A DNA stretch of 64,000 bases from Gammaproteobacteria bacterium (GCA_029862165.1 JAOTXU010000005.1:31102-95101), one strand, 5' to 3'. Numbered from the stretch's first letter, positions 10,145-24,784 are shown. The notes: generated by a model not told the origin, from the sequence alone. Translations and numbers: made by a program.

Positions 10145-11377
10145 ATGGCGTTGGATAAAGAACAACTCGATGCATTGCGTATCGACCCGCAACAGCGGGT
10201 GGCCGGTCGTGGTAGTGGCCGCTATGTTCTGATCCTGATCGGTTTGGCGATCCTGGTGGCTGCGGTATTCGCAGGAATGCGGTTTGCCGCCGGACCAGCG
10301 GCAGATAGCGGACCGGCCATGGAATTCGCGCTGGCACAGCCGCCCGGTACCGCACAGGACGCTGTGCTGGATGCATCGGGTTACGTGGTCGCCAGACGCA
10401 TCGCGACGGTCAGCTCGAAAGTGACCGGGCGCATTGATGCTGTCTTTATTGAAGAGGGTATGAGCGTCGAACAGGGACAACTCATGGCCCAACTCGATGC
10501 CAGTTCAGTTGAGGCGCAATTTGCGCTTGCAAAAAGCCAGCTTGAATCTGCACGGCGTGGTCTCGAGGAAACCGAGGTCAGGTTGGCAGAAGCCGACCGG
10601 CAGTTGGCACGCAAGCGGCGGCTGCGCGCGGATAAACTAGTCAGCGAAGCGGAGCTGGACGCGGCAGAATCTGAGGTCAAGGCACTAAATGCACGTCTTA
10701 ATGCTTCGCGTTCCAGCGTTAGCGTTGCCGAGCGATCGTTAGCCGTTCAAAAACAAGAGTTGGATGATCTGCAGATCCGTGCGCCGTTTGCCGGCATCAT
10801 AATTTCGAAGAACGCACAGCCGGGAGAGATGATTTCCCCGGTGTCGGCCGGTGGCGGATTCACTCGTACCGGCATCGGCACGATCGTCGACATGGACTCG
10901 CGTGAAATAGAGGTGGACGTCAATGAGGCCTATATCAACCGGGTTACCGATGGCCAGCGTGTAGTGGCGACACTCGACGCCTATAATGACTGGGATATTC
11001 CGGCCAGTGTGATAAACATCGTCCCGACCGCTGATCGGCAACGTGCGACAGTCAAGGTGCGTATTGCATTTGACCAACTCGATCCTCGCATCCTGCCTGA
11101 CATGGGAGTGAAAGTTCGCTTTCTTGATAGCGAGGTAGAAATCGACGATTCGGGGCCTGCCGTTTTGGCAGTAGTCCCAAGTGCGGCGCTGCGATCCGAT
11201 AAGGGCACCGACTATGTCTGGCTCGTACGCAACGGACAACTGGAGCGACGCGCGGTGAGCACCGCGCGCCGTAGCGGCGGTTCCATAGAAATTATTGCCG
11301 GTGTCTCACCGGGTGATCGGGTCGTAACAACGGCAAACATCGAACTGGAAGAAGGTAAAAAGGTACAGGGCTTATGA
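10145..11377 (+). CDS. Periplasmic adaptor (membrane fusion protein), MacA-like
   Basis: N-terminal TM, ASGYVVARR, lipoyl halves around coiled coil, IRAPFAG, PTADRQRATVKV. Confidence 0.88.
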   Translation: MALDKEQLDALRIDPQQRVAGRGSGRYVLILIGLAILVAAVFAGMRFAAGPAADSGPAMEFALAQPPGTAQDAVLDASGYVVARRIATVSSKVTGRIDAVFIEEGMSVEQGQLMAQLDASSVEAQFALAKSQLESARRGLEETEVRLAEADRQLARKRRLRADKLVSEAELDAAESEVKALNARLNASRSSVSVAERSLAVQKQELDDLQIRAPFAGIIISKNAQPGEMISPVSAGGGFTRTGIGTIVDMDSREIEVDVNEAYINRVTDGQRVVATLDAYNDWDIPASVINIVPTADRQRATVKVRIAFDQLDPRILPDMGVKVRFLDSEVEIDDSGPAVLAVVPSAALRSDKGTDYVWLVRNGQLERRAVSTARRSGGSIEIIAGVSPGDRVVTTANIELEEGKKVQGL

Positions 11378-12057
11378 GCAGCGTAAAGATTAGAGGATTA
11401 ACAAAAACCTATATGCGCGGTTCCGAGCGGTTGGATGTACTCAATAATCTGGATCTGGATGTCAAAGGCGGCGATTTTGTGGCGTTGATGGGGCCATCGG
11501 GTTCCGGCAAAACGACACTGCTAAACCTGATTGGTGGTATCGATCGGCCGAATAGCGGCAGCATCTTTGTGGATAACCAACGCATCGACCAGCTTAGTGA
11601 TCGGCAACTGGCACATTGGCGGTCGCGCAATGTAGGTTTTATTTTTCAGATGTTCAACTTGCTGCCTGTTCTATCGGCTGAGAGAAACGTAGAATTACCA
11701 TTGTTGTTGACCAACATGGCTGCGGCCGAACGACGTAGCCGGGCGCGGACCGCTTTGTCGCTCGTAGGTTTGGATGATCGCGCGTCACACAAGCCCGCCG
11801 AGTTATCAGGAGGTCAGGAACAACGCGTCGGTATCGCTCGCGCAATAGTGACCGATCCGGGCTTGTTGCTGTGTGATGAGCCAACCGGTGATCTGGATCG
11901 CAAGGCCGGCGACGAGATTCTGGAGTTGCTGGTCGCTCTCAATCAAAGTCAGGGCAAAACCATTATCATGGTCACCCATGATCCGCACGCAGCCGAGCGG
12001 GCGCAGCGCACGGTGCATCTGGACAAGGGTCGTCTTGAAATGGATGCAGCGGCATGA
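11374..12057 (+). CDS. ABC transporter ATP-binding subunit (MacB/LolD type)
   Basis: Walker A GPSGSGKT, LSGGQEQR, DEPTGDLD, VTHD. Confidence 0.93.
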   Translation: MSSVKIRGLTKTYMRGSERLDVLNNLDLDVKGGDFVALMGPSGSGKTTLLNLIGGIDRPNSGSIFVDNQRIDQLSDRQLAHWRSRNVGFIFQMFNLLPVLSAERNVELPLLLTNMAAAERRSRARTALSLVGLDDRASHKPAELSGGQEQRVGIARAIVTDPGLLLCDEPTGDLDRKAGDEILELLVALNQSQGKTIIMVTHDPHAAERAQRTVHLDKGRLEMDAAA

Positions 12058-13217
12058 AGTATCTGCGCCTGGTGCGCGCGAGCCTGATGCGCAAGAAAAC
12101 GCGGACGCTGCTGACGATCGGCTCGATCATGATTGCCTTTTTGATGTTCGGCCTGCTATCGGCGCTGGAAAAGGCGTTTACCGCTGGTGTGGACATCGCC
12201 GGTGCCGATCGTCTGGTGACAATACACAAAGTGTCGCTAATCCAGTCAATGCCGTTGGCCTACTACAACCGCATACGGGCAGTGGAAGGTGTAACGGAAG
12301 TAACCCACGCGACGTGGTTTGGCGGCTATTACAAGGAGCCACGCAACTTTATCGCGACATTCCCGATAGAAGCGGAAACTTATCTCAAAATCTATCCGGA
12401 ACTCGAAATTCCCGACGAACAGCGTGCGGCGTTTATGCAGGATCGCGCCGGTATGGCCGCCGGGTACGTGTTGGCGGAGAAGTACGGGTGGCAAGTAGGG
12501 GATCGTCTACCGATACGTTCGGAGATTTACCGGCAGGACGACGGCAGCGACACGTGGGAAATGACCTTGCGGGCGATCTACCGGCCAAAGGATAATCTCG
12601 GCGATCCGACTGCGTTGATGATGCACTACGATTTCTTTAATGAGTCCTTGCCCGAGCGAATCAGAAATCGGGCCGGGTGGTATGTCTTGCGGGTAGACAA
12701 TCCCGATAATGCGCCACAGATCGCCGAGGCAATCGATAACCAGTTTGCCAATTCCTCAACAGAGACCAAGACCTCGACTGAGAAAGCCTTTGCAGCAGGT
12801 TTCGCAAACCAGGTTGGCAACATCGGCGCCATTGTGACCGGGGTTGTAACGGCGGTTTTTTTCACGATGTTGCTGGTTACCGCCAATACTATGGGTCAAT
12901 CCGTGCGTGAGCGCACGAATGAGTTGGCCGTACTCAAGACGCTCGGCTTCACCAACAACCGTGTCACGGTCTTGGTGTTGATTGAATCATTGTTGATTAC
13001 CGCGGTTGGCGGCCTCCTGGGGCTGGGGCTGGCGTGGTTGTTGATCCAGGTGCTGGGTGATGCCCTGCGGCAGTTTCTGCCGGTGTTTTATTTGCCGCCA
13101 CGCGACTTGTTAATTGGTTTGGCGTTAATGGCGATCTTTGGCCTGGTCGCCGGCGCTTTGCCCGCCGGACAAGCATTGCGTTTGCGTATTGCCGACGCCT
13201 TAAGAAGGGGTGCGTAA
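12054..13217 (+). CDS. ABC transporter permease (MacB/FtsX family)
   Basis: One TM, large periplasmic domain, three C-terminal TMs; SVRERTNELAVLKTLGF. Confidence 0.9.
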   Translation: MKYLRLVRASLMRKKTRTLLTIGSIMIAFLMFGLLSALEKAFTAGVDIAGADRLVTIHKVSLIQSMPLAYYNRIRAVEGVTEVTHATWFGGYYKEPRNFIATFPIEAETYLKIYPELEIPDEQRAAFMQDRAGMAAGYVLAEKYGWQVGDRLPIRSEIYRQDDGSDTWEMTLRAIYRPKDNLGDPTALMMHYDFFNESLPERIRNRAGWYVLRVDNPDNAPQIAEAIDNQFANSSTETKTSTEKAFAAGFANQVGNIGAIVTGVVTAVFFTMLLVTANTMGQSVRERTNELAVLKTLGFTNNRVTVLVLIESLLITAVGGLLGLGLAWLLIQVLGDALRQFLPVFYLPPRDLLIGLALMAIFGLVAGALPAGQALRLRIADALRRGA

Positions 13218-13220
13218 GCT

Positions 13221-16435
<3,215 letters not shown>

Positions 16436-16588
16436 ATGGCTCAGCCCGGCAAAAATAAAGAAATGTGCTTATCTTTCTATTCAGTAGGCGAAACATCCCC
16501 GATTCCCGCGTAGCGGCGACATCCTCGCCGCGATTGCCGGACATGCTGCTAGACTGAAGGAAGATAGGCTATACGGGGGTGCATCGCT

Positions 16589-17719
16589 ATGCAGACTAGC
16601 AAAACCGTCGTCGTCATCACATTGCTCCCGGTGTTGTTGTTGACCGGATGCGATATCAGCGAATTTATGGCGGAAGACGCCAATATTATCAAGCTGACCG
16701 GCATCGTTATCCTGTGGTTTTTCCTGCCACTGCTGGCCTGGAGCTATCACAAGTTTCGGCGACCACGCCGAGAAGCCGAAATCCACCGAGTGTTCGATAT
16801 ATTGCGGCTGGACAAAACGGTGCGTGAAGCATTCGACAGTGAGGACAGTGGCACCTTCCTCTCGTGGGCCGTTTTTTATACGTCGATCGTCAGCCTGATT
16901 AGTATGGCGGTATTGTTATTCCCCAGTGAGTTGGGAATAGTAGAATTGCCGGCCGTTAAGGTCGGTGACACGGAGTTTCCACGCCCTGGTTCCCGATTGG
17001 TAATGGGTATGGCATTGCTCGGTGGTTACGTGTGGGGTATCCAGCATCTGCTTGCTCGTTACTCCCGCAATGACCTGCTACCGGTGGTCTATTACCAGCT
17101 TTCGTCGCGCATGATACTTGCGGGCGTCGTATCAGTGGCGTTATACAATGGATACAGTGCATTGATCGGTGGCAGCGATGAGGCCTTCGGCATGGACGCG
17201 TGGCCTGTGATCGGATTGTTGGTAGGCATGTTTCCACAACGCGGGTTGCGGTGGCTTACCGATCGCGTACCGTTTCTGTCACCAAAGTCTGAGTCCAGTG
17301 TCATCCCGTCGCCGCTGGATTTGGTCGAGGGCATCCAGTCTGAGGACATTCTGCGCTTTAATGAGATGGGCATCAGCGATTGTTACAACCTGGCGCGTGC
17401 TGACTACATTCCGCTGGTGCTGCGCACGCCCTACAGCGCCCGCGAATTGCTCGACTGGATACTGCAGGCCAAACTGTGCGCGTTGTTTACCGAGTCCCTC
17501 CCCGAGCTGCGTCAAAACGGCGTGCGTACCGCGCTTGACTTGAAGAAACTGACCCCTGAAGACATCACGACTATGGCGCAAGGGACGAAACTGACGGAAC
17601 GTGGTCTGACTCAGGGGCGCGAATTGATCGATCGAGATGAAGAAGTCGACCGGTTGCAGGCTGCAGCAGCCAAGCTCAGCCATTACCTGCGCGACAAGCA
17701 TGCTCTGGACGATGACTGA
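16589..17719 (+). CDS. Uncharacterised polytopic membrane protein with lipobox-like N-terminus and helical (HhH-like) C-terminal domain
   Basis: 376 aa ORF; LLLTGC; about five hydrophobic segments; PLDLVEGI...EMGISDCYNLA...LDWILQAKL. Confidence 0.6.
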   Translation: MQTSKTVVVITLLPVLLLTGCDISEFMAEDANIIKLTGIVILWFFLPLLAWSYHKFRRPRREAEIHRVFDILRLDKTVREAFDSEDSGTFLSWAVFYTSIVSLISMAVLLFPSELGIVELPAVKVGDTEFPRPGSRLVMGMALLGGYVWGIQHLLARYSRNDLLPVVYYQLSSRMILAGVVSVALYNGYSALIGGSDEAFGMDAWPVIGLLVGMFPQRGLRWLTDRVPFLSPKSESSVIPSPLDLVEGIQSEDILRFNEMGISDCYNLARADYIPLVLRTPYSARELLDWILQAKLCALFTESLPELRQNGVRTALDLKKLTPEDITTMAQGTKLTERGLTQGRELIDRDEEVDRLQAAAAKLSHYLRDKHALDDD

Positions 17720-18434
17720 GGAACAGCTCGACTTGCTGGCACCACACCAACCGGATGAACATTTTGTCATCCGCGAAAGTGCGCGCGCGAAGCACATGGC
17801 GATCAACGTTGGTGCGCATGGGGTAGTCGAAGTCGTTGTGCCACGTCATACCCGGCCAAAGATTGTTCAGGAATTTGTCGCACAACATCGTCAATGGATC
17901 GATCGCGCTTTGAGCGAGCTGGAGAAGGACCGGCCACCGATAAAACGGGCGATGCCGGATGTCATTGAGCTGGCAGCCATCGACCGGCGATGGACTGTGC
18001 AGTATGGCAGCAAGCGATTGCAGGAGATTGGCGGTACTGTTCATGTGCCGGCAATACATGAAGACCGGCCGCAATGCCGGCAGCATTTGCAGCAGTGGCT
18101 AAAGAACACGGCACGGGAACACCTGGTCCCGAGACTAAACGGCCTCGCCGAGGAAACAGGATTTCACTACAAAAAGGTGCAAGTGCGCGGTCAGCGGACC
18201 CGCTGGGGCAGTTATTCCTCCAGCGGGACGTTGAGCCTTAACTACTGTTTGCTGTTTTTGCAGCCGGAACTGGTCAAGCACCTGATGATGCACGAACTCT
18301 GCCATACGCGTGAGATGAGTCACTCGCGCCGCTTCTGGCGCCTGCTGGGCGAGTACCAACCGGATTTTCGCAGCCTGGAACGTCGTCTCGATGGCGCCTG
18401 GATCGATGTCCCTGGTTGGGTCGGTCTGCACTAG
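17712..18434 (+). CDS. YgjP-like (DUF45) zinc metallopeptidase-domain protein
   Basis: QRTRWGSYS, HELCH, HSRRFW; ATG at 17712 overlaps upstream gene. Confidence 0.85.
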   Translation: MTEEQLDLLAPHQPDEHFVIRESARAKHMAINVGAHGVVEVVVPRHTRPKIVQEFVAQHRQWIDRALSELEKDRPPIKRAMPDVIELAAIDRRWTVQYGSKRLQEIGGTVHVPAIHEDRPQCRQHLQQWLKNTAREHLVPRLNGLAEETGFHYKKVQVRGQRTRWGSYSSSGTLSLNYCLLFLQPELVKHLMMHELCHTREMSHSRRFWRLLGEYQPDFRSLERRLDGAWIDVPGWVGLH

Positions 18435-18437
18435 GGC

Positions 18438-19256
18438 TTACAAAAACAAATCAGGAAGCAGCGCCTCGCTCGGATCGACTGCATAGTTTGTAAAATCACT
18501 GACGCCTGCTGTGCGCAGCACATCGTCATCGAGCAGAAACTGACCGCTATAGTCGCGGTCGTCGTTGCACAGTATCGCGTGCGCCGCGTCTCCCATGATT
18601 TCCGGTTTACGGCAGTTTTTTGGATCGAACGGTCCACCCAATGCTCTCAGCGCGGCCGTAGCAATGACCGTCCGCGGCCACAGCGCGTTTACGGCGATAC
18701 GGCCGGCAAATTCTTTGGCCATACCTAAAACACACATGCTCATACCGTATTTCGACATGGTGTAGGCGGTGTGTGGCCCGAACCACGCCGGATCGAGGTT
18801 CAATGGTGGTGCGAGATTAAGAATGTGCGCTTTTTCCGCCTCGAGCAAATGTGGCAGGCAGGCCTGACTACAGGCAAAGGTACCGCGCACATTGATCGAG
18901 AACATCAGATCGAAGCGTTTCATCGGCGTTTCCAGGGTGCCGGTCAAACTAATGGCGCTGGCATTGTTGACGAGTATGTCTATGCCACCGAACTTGTCAG
19001 TTGCCAGCGCAACAGCTTCAGCTATAGCGGTTTCGTCACGCACATCCATTTGCACAGCCAGGGCGTTGCCACCAGCGTCAATCATCTCCTGCGCAGCAGT
19101 ATGAATTGTGCCCGGCAAAATTCGGTGTGGCTTGTCCGTCTTTGAGGCAACAACAATATTGGCGCCGTCGCGTGCGGCACGTAATGCGATGGCTTTGCCG
19201 ATGCCGCGACTGGAACCGGTAATGAATAGTGTCTTACCGGCGAGTGTCTTGGGCAT
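18438..19256 (-). CDS. Short-chain dehydrogenase/reductase (HSDL2-like)
   Basis: TGSSRGIG, NNASAI, YTMSK catalytic YxxxK, NALWPRT. Confidence 0.88.
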   Translation of the reverse strand: MPKTLAGKTLFITGSSRGIGKAIALRAARDGANIVVASKTDKPHRILPGTIHTAAQEMIDAGGNALAVQMDVRDETAIAEAVALATDKFGGIDILVNNASAISLTGTLETPMKRFDLMFSINVRGTFACSQACLPHLLEAEKAHILNLAPPLNLDPAWFGPHTAYTMSKYGMSMCVLGMAKEFAGRIAVNALWPRTVIATAALRALGGPFDPKNCRKPEIMGDAAHAILCNDDRDYSGQFLLDDDVLRTAGVSDFTNYAVDPSEALLPDLFL

Positions 19257-22003
19257 CAGGCTGTACTCGCGATCTGTCGGAGTACATAGTGCAAAATCCC
19301 GCCGTTACGGTAGTAATCCCGCTCTTTTGGCGTGTCGATACGCACACGCGCCGTAAAGCTTTTTGGTTGACCACCGTTTTCCGAGGTCGCAGTAATGCTA
19401 ACTTCGGTGGCATGGCCGTTATCCAGGCCGGTAATGGAATAGCGCTCCTTGCCAGTCAGGCCCAACGACACGGCGTTGTCGCCGTTCATGAATTGCAACG
19501 GCAACACGCCCATGCCGATCAGATTGGACCGATGAATGCGTTCGAAACTTGTCGTCAGCACAGCCTTGATTCCAAGAAGCAAGGTGCCTTTGGCGGCCCA
19601 GTCCCGTGACGAACCGGTGCCGTACTCGCTGCCGGCGATGACAACCAGTGGCGTGTCACTGGCCGCGTATTTCTGCGCCGCCGCATAAATGGACATCTGT
19701 TCACCGGACGGGATGTGCGTCGTCCAGCCGCCCTCGGTCCCGGGTGCGAGTTGATTGCGTAAGCGTATATTGGCAAAGGTGCCACGCATCATGACTTCGT
19801 GATTACCGCGTCGCGACCCATAAGAGTTGAAGTCCTTGGGTTCGACGCCACACGATTGCAGGTATTGTGCCGCAGGGCTGTCAATGGCAATGCTGCCGGC
19901 CGGCGAGATATGATCCGTCGTGACCGTATCACCCAGCAACGCAATACAACGGGCACCCTCTATGTCCTCAATGGCATCGAGTTGCTGACTCATGCCGACA
20001 AAGTAGGGCGGGTTGCGTACATAAGTCGATGCCTCATCCCACTGGTAGATTTCACCGGCCGGGACTTCAAGTCCATTCCAGTTGTCATCCCCCGCAAATA
20101 CGCTGTCATAGCTGCGCTTGAACATGTTCGAATCGATGCTGCCCATGACCGTTTCTTGTATCTGCTCACGTTTGGGCCAGATGTCTTTCAGATATACGGG
20201 TTTGCGGTTTTTATCGTCGCCCAGGGAATCTGTGTACAGATCGACATCCATATTCCCGGCCAACGCATAGGCGACTACCAGCGGTGGTGAGGCCAGGAAA
20301 TTCATGCGAATGTTTTGGTGAATGCGCCCTTCAAAGTTTCGGTTACCCGATAATACCGAGCAGCCAACGATGTCGTGTTCAGTTACGGCAGCCGAGATCT
20401 CCGGACGTAACGGGCCGGAGTTGCCAATGCAGGTTGTGCAACCGTACCCGACCGTATGAAAGCCCAACGCCTCTAGATCATCGTCCAGTCCGGCCTTTTG
20501 TAAGTAATTGGTAACTACCCTGGAGCCCGGTGCCAGACTGGTCTTGACCCAGGGTTTCGAAGTGAGCCCCTTTGCGCGCGCATTGCGTGCCAATAGACCG
20601 GCGGCCAGCATGACGTCGGGGTTCGAAGTATTCGTGCAACTTGTAATAGCCGCGATCAACACTGCGCCGTCTTTGATCGTAAATTTCTCGCCATCGACCG
20701 ACACCTGGTCCGCGCCATGCAATTCAGAGTTTGATGCGCCGACGGCCGTGTCACCACCTTCGTCCTCGAAGCGGCTTTCGTTGCTGCTCTTCTTGCCGCG
20801 CTCCATGTGGATCGGTTCCATGAGGCTGGCAAACTTGCCGCTGGCGTTGCGTAGGGCGATGCGGTCTTGCGGGCGTTTGGGACCGGCAATACTGGGCACT
20901 ACCGTGGCCAAATCCAGTTCAACGACCTGTGAGTATTCGGGGTCCGGATCGTTTTCATTCTGCCAAAGTGTTTGTTCTTTGGCATAAGCTTCGACCAGGC
21001 GGATGCGATCTTGGTCGCGACCGGAGAGATCCATGTATCGCAGAGTTTGCTCGTCAATCGGAAATATCGCACAGGTGCTGCCAAATTCCGGTGACATGTT
21101 GCCCAGCGTGGCACGGTCAGCCAGCGGTAATGCGGCGATACCGGAACCAAAAAACTCGACAAACTTGCCCACCACACCGGTCTCACGCATCAGTTCGGTT
21201 ACTGTGAGCACCAAATCTGTTGCCGTTGCGCCTTCCGGCAGCGTGCCGATCAGTCGTACCCCGACTACTTGCGGGATTAGCATGGTAATGGCCTGACCGA
21301 GCATCGCGGCCTCGGCCTCGATACCGCCGACACCCCAACCGAGCACGCCGAGCCCGTTAATCATTGTGGTATGTGAATCCGTTCCGACGAGGGTGTCAGG
21401 ATAGGCTATCTGCCGACCGTCAATTTCCGAATCGAAAACGACGCGCGCCAGGTACTCCAGGTTGACCTGGTGGACGATGCCGGTATTTGGCGGCACTACT
21501 TTGAAATTGCTGAATCCATTTTGACCCCAACGCAGGAATGCGTAGCGTTCACGATTGCGTTGAAACTCTATTTTGTTATTGACATCCAGCGCGTCGGCGC
21601 GCCCGTAGGAATCTACCTGAACCGAATGGTCGATGACCAGTTCGGCAGGGGCAAGCGGATTAATCGCATCGGCTTTCCCACCCAGGGCAACAATAGCGTC
21701 ACGCATTGCCGCAAGATCAACAACCGCAGGGACTCCGGTAAAATCCTGCATGATGACCCGCGAGGGTGTGAAGGCAATTTCCTGGCTCGGCGTCGCTTTG
21801 GGTTGCCAGTTGGCCAGTGCCTGGATGTCGTCGGCGGCGACGTCTACACCGTCTTCATGACGTAACAGATTTTCCAGCAGAATCTTAAGTGAGTAGGGCA
21901 GTCGCTCCAGCTTGATGCCTTCAATACTGTCCAGCCTGAAGATGTCGTATTGTTTATCGCCCACTGCAAGCTGGCTGCGGGCGTTATCACGCAATGCGGT
22001 CAT
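19256..22003 (-). CDS. acnA: Aconitate hydratase A
   Basis: [59 protein letters not shown]. Confidence 0.97.
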   Translation of the reverse strand: MTALRDNARSQLAVGDKQYDIFRLDSIEGIKLERLPYSLKILLENLLRHEDGVDVAADDIQALANWQPKATPSQEIAFTPSRVIMQDFTGVPAVVDLAAMRDAIVALGGKADAINPLAPAELVIDHSVQVDSYGRADALDVNNKIEFQRNRERYAFLRWGQNGFSNFKVVPPNTGIVHQVNLEYLARVVFDSEIDGRQIAYPDTLVGTDSHTTMINGLGVLGWGVGGIEAEAAMLGQAITMLIPQVVGVRLIGTLPEGATATDLVLTVTELMRETGVVGKFVEFFGSGIAALPLADRATLGNMSPEFGSTCAIFPIDEQTLRYMDLSGRDQDRIRLVEAYAKEQTLWQNENDPDPEYSQVVELDLATVVPSIAGPKRPQDRIALRNASGKFASLMEPIHMERGKKSSNESRFEDEGGDTAVGASNSELHGADQVSVDGEKFTIKDGAVLIAAITSCTNTSNPDVMLAAGLLARNARAKGLTSKPWVKTSLAPGSRVVTNYLQKAGLDDDLEALGFHTVGYGCTTCIGNSGPLRPEISAAVTEHDIVGCSVLSGNRNFEGRIHQNIRMNFLASPPLVVAYALAGNMDVDLYTDSLGDDKNRKPVYLKDIWPKREQIQETVMGSIDSNMFKRSYDSVFAGDDNWNGLEVPAGEIYQWDEASTYVRNPPYFVGMSQQLDAIEDIEGARCIALLGDTVTTDHISPAGSIAIDSPAAQYLQSCGVEPKDFNSYGSRRGNHEVMMRGTFANIRLRNQLAPGTEGGWTTHIPSGEQMSIYAAAQKYAASDTPLVVIAGSEYGTGSSRDWAAKGTLLLGIKAVLTTSFERIHRSNLIGMGVLPLQFMNGDNAVSLGLTGKERYSITGLDNGHATEVSITATSENGGQPKSFTARVRIDTPKERDYYRNGGILHYVLRQIASTA

Positions 22004-22039
22004 TCCTTGGTTCTCCGTGTGAGTCAGCGCGAGGCGGGA

Positions 22040-23158
22040 TTATACAGCGCTTTGTACTGCGTGGGTCGCGGTCGCCGCCACGATGACGCCACCGCCCAGA
22101 CAGCGTGCCCCGTCATAGACCACCGCGTATTGGCCGGGAGTGATCGCCCACTGTGGCTGGTCAAAATCGACACGACACGATTTTTCATCCAGTAATGTCA
22201 AAATTCCGGCTGCTGGCGATTGCCGGTAACGGCTGCTGACCTGGCATCGGAGCTCGCTTTTGTCCGGTGGCCCGTTGATCCAATGCATTGTCGTCGCTGC
22301 CAGGCTCTGCGAGTACAGCATCGGGTCGTCGTGACCCTGAACCACAGTCAAAACATTGCGCTCGACGTCCTTGGCGGCAACATACCAGGGCTCGCCATTG
22401 CTGCCGCTGACACCACCTATACCCAGGCCCTGTCGCTGGCCGAGTGTGTAAAAGGCCAGTCCGATATGTCTTCCGACAATCCGGTCATCAGTTGTGCGGA
22501 TGTCGCCCGGTTCACAGGGCAGATGTTCCTGAAGGAACTCCCGAAACGGTCTCTCCCCGATAAAGCAGATACCGGTGCTGTCACGCTTGCGCGAGTTACC
22601 TAGTCCGGCCGCTAATGCGATTTTCCGCACTTTCGTCTTATACATTTCACCCAGCGGGAAAAGCGCGTTGCTCAACGCGCTCTCGGGCACGGCGTGCAGG
22701 AAATAACTCTGATCCTTGTCCTCATCCAGTCCGCGCAATAGTTGGGTTGCGCCATCGACGGTGCGACGCCGCACATAATGCCCGGTCGCCACAAGGTCCG
22801 CCCCGAGACGCTGCGCGTGCTCCAGAAAACTGCCAAACTTGATTTCGCGATTACACAACACATCTGGGTTGGGTGTATGACCGGATTCCAAACCGGCCAG
22901 GAACATGTCGAAAACCTGTTTGCGGTATTGTGTAGCGAAACTAACCTTGTGCAGCGGCAGGCCAAGCTGCCTGCAGACACTGCTTGCATCTTGAAAGTCT
23001 TCGGCCGCGGTGCAGTAGCCCTGCTCATCTTCATCCCAGTTAAACATGAACAAACCATGGACGTCGTAGCCCATATCCTGCAACAGCAGCGCTGCTACTG
23101 AGGAGTCCACCCCGCCGGACATCCCGACAACGACGCGTTGAATTTGCTTGATAGTCAT
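22040..23158 (-). CDS. mnmA: tRNA-specific 2-thiouridylase
   Basis: MSGGVDSS, NPDVLCNREIKF, TGHY, KDQSYFL, DSTGICFIG, TPGQ. Confidence 0.96.
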   Translation of the reverse strand: MTIKQIQRVVVGMSGGVDSSVAALLLQDMGYDVHGLFMFNWDEDEQGYCTAAEDFQDASSVCRQLGLPLHKVSFATQYRKQVFDMFLAGLESGHTPNPDVLCNREIKFGSFLEHAQRLGADLVATGHYVRRRTVDGATQLLRGLDEDKDQSYFLHAVPESALSNALFPLGEMYKTKVRKIALAAGLGNSRKRDSTGICFIGERPFREFLQEHLPCEPGDIRTTDDRIVGRHIGLAFYTLGQRQGLGIGGVSGSNGEPWYVAAKDVERNVLTVVQGHDDPMLYSQSLAATTMHWINGPPDKSELRCQVSSRYRQSPAAGILTLLDEKSCRVDFDQPQWAITPGQYAVVYDGARCLGGGVIVAATATHAVQSAV

Positions 23159-23319
23159 GATCAACAAGGGAGCGGTGAGGTTGGACAGCGGGTTGCCAGT
23201 ACAGGCAAAATAATGGCTATATCATAGGGTTTATCAGCGGATGACCGGCACCCGCAGCGGACCCTTTCCAGATCGCGTCTCAACCGACCCGCCATTAGCG
23301 ACGCAGTTTAACAGAATAC

Positions 23320-23335
23320 TGTGATCACGATCACA
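23320..23335. promoter_or_regulatory. CRP/Vfr/Clp-type binding site
   Basis: Perfect TGTGA-tcacga-TCACA in the mnmA/TPR-barrel divergent intergenic region. Confidence 0.7.
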
Positions 23336-23425
23336 CCGAGCGCCCGGTGCTTTCTGGATAAATGTGTTACGAGTTTTGACACCCGTGCTGCCAGCGGCGG
23401 CTAAGGATTGTGGGGAGCGGTCGTT

Positions 23426-24742
23426 TTGCTTAAAAAAGGCCTGCATGAATTTGTAGGAGCATTGGCGATAGGCCTGTTCATGGTCTGTAATGCTGTGTGC
23501 GCCGATGAGGAAGTCCTGCGTCAGGCCGAATCCTTTATTAATGACGGCCGTCATGCTGACGCAAGACAGATACTCGAGCCATTGGAAGCCGAGTATATTG
23601 GCGATCCTCGCTACGACTATCTGATGGGACTGGCCTTTCTGGAAACCGGCGATCCGGGTCTGGCCGTATTTGCCCTGCAACGGGCGATAGCTAATGATCC
23701 ACGCTTTGCGGGCGCCCGTGTGGATTTGGGCCGGGCCTACTACGCGTCCGGCGCCTACAAAGATGCCCGTGACGAGTTCGAGCGACTGCGTGATGAAAAT
23801 CCCCCGCCGGCCGCCCGTCGGGCGATTGAAGAATACTTGTCCCTGATCGCCAATCGGCAACGGCGTTTGCGGATGGAATATCGCCTGGGTGCACGCACCG
23901 GTTATGACAGCAATGCAAACAGTGCAACAGCCATCAATGCATTCCTGGGCTTCAACCTGCTGGAGGAGAGCCGCGAAACATCCAGTTCCTTCGCAGAGTT
24001 CAGCGGTAACATAGTTATACTCAAGCCCCTCAGTGCGAACTTGTTACTGGACACTCGTCTGGGGCTGCGCCGCCGCAACAACCCAGATGCTTCTTTTGTT
24101 AATTCGAGTAATGGCGATCTAAGTGTCGGTATTAAGCACGTCACGGAAGGTGTCAGCAAATCACTGCGTCTGCAAGCCTACCGGGTCGACGTAGACGACA
24201 AACTAAATAGCCAAGGCGTGGCGTTGGCCGGTGCCTGGGACTTTAATGTACGCGAGAAATTGCGGGTCGGTGTTCTCGGCCGCGTAGGACAAACGACCTT
24301 TGGTAATGGCCTGGAAATAAAGGACGTTGATCAATACCTGTTTGGCGTCTCCGCCGGCTGGACTTACGGTGACGGAGACCGTGCTTCGCTCGGCGGTTCG
24401 TTGCTCGTCGGAAGCGACGATCCGCGGCGCTCCGGATCGCGTTATGCCCGCGATCTGGCGGGTCTGCGTTTCAACGCCGGGTGGTCCTTTAGTTCTCAAT
24501 TTAGGGCTCAGTTCACGGCAGGATTGATGCATTCCGATTATGATGAGGTCTTCTTTGAGCAGCAGTTCAATTCGCCGCGCTCTGATACATTGGTCCAAGC
24601 TGCAGTAAAACTTGACTGGCGAATCTCTTCGAAGTGGCTTATGTCACACGTTGTTAGTTACGCGAACAATGATACTGAGGTAGATGTATTCGCGTTTGAG
24701 CGAGTGGAAACCAGTCTAAGTATTAATCGTGTTTGGCGTTGA
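23426..24742 (+). CDS. TPR plus outer-membrane beta-barrel protein, Slam/DUF560 (T11SS)-like
   Basis: Signal peptide; TPR helices (YDYLMGLAFLETGD, ARVDLGRAYY); GYDSNANS at barrel start; amphipathic strands ending SLSINRVWR; TTG 23426 has GGAG upstream (alternative start 23408). Confidence 0.7.
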   Translation: MLKKGLHEFVGALAIGLFMVCNAVCADEEVLRQAESFINDGRHADARQILEPLEAEYIGDPRYDYLMGLAFLETGDPGLAVFALQRAIANDPRFAGARVDLGRAYYASGAYKDARDEFERLRDENPPPAARRAIEEYLSLIANRQRRLRMEYRLGARTGYDSNANSATAINAFLGFNLLEESRETSSSFAEFSGNIVILKPLSANLLLDTRLGLRRRNNPDASFVNSSNGDLSVGIKHVTEGVSKSLRLQAYRVDVDDKLNSQGVALAGAWDFNVREKLRVGVLGRVGQTTFGNGLEIKDVDQYLFGVSAGWTYGDGDRASLGGSLLVGSDDPRRSGSRYARDLAGLRFNAGWSFSSQFRAQFTAGLMHSDYDEVFFEQQFNSPRSDTLVQAAVKLDWRISSKWLMSHVVSYANNDTEVDVFAFERVETSLSINRVWR

Positions 24743-24784
24743 TTGAGTCTTTAAGTTAAACAAAAACGAATAATTTTCCAAATT

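Noticed and set aside
20735-20800. AcnA insertion [19 protein letters not shown]
   Set aside because: A variable loop; I recall similar insertions in other gammaproteobacterial AcnA proteins
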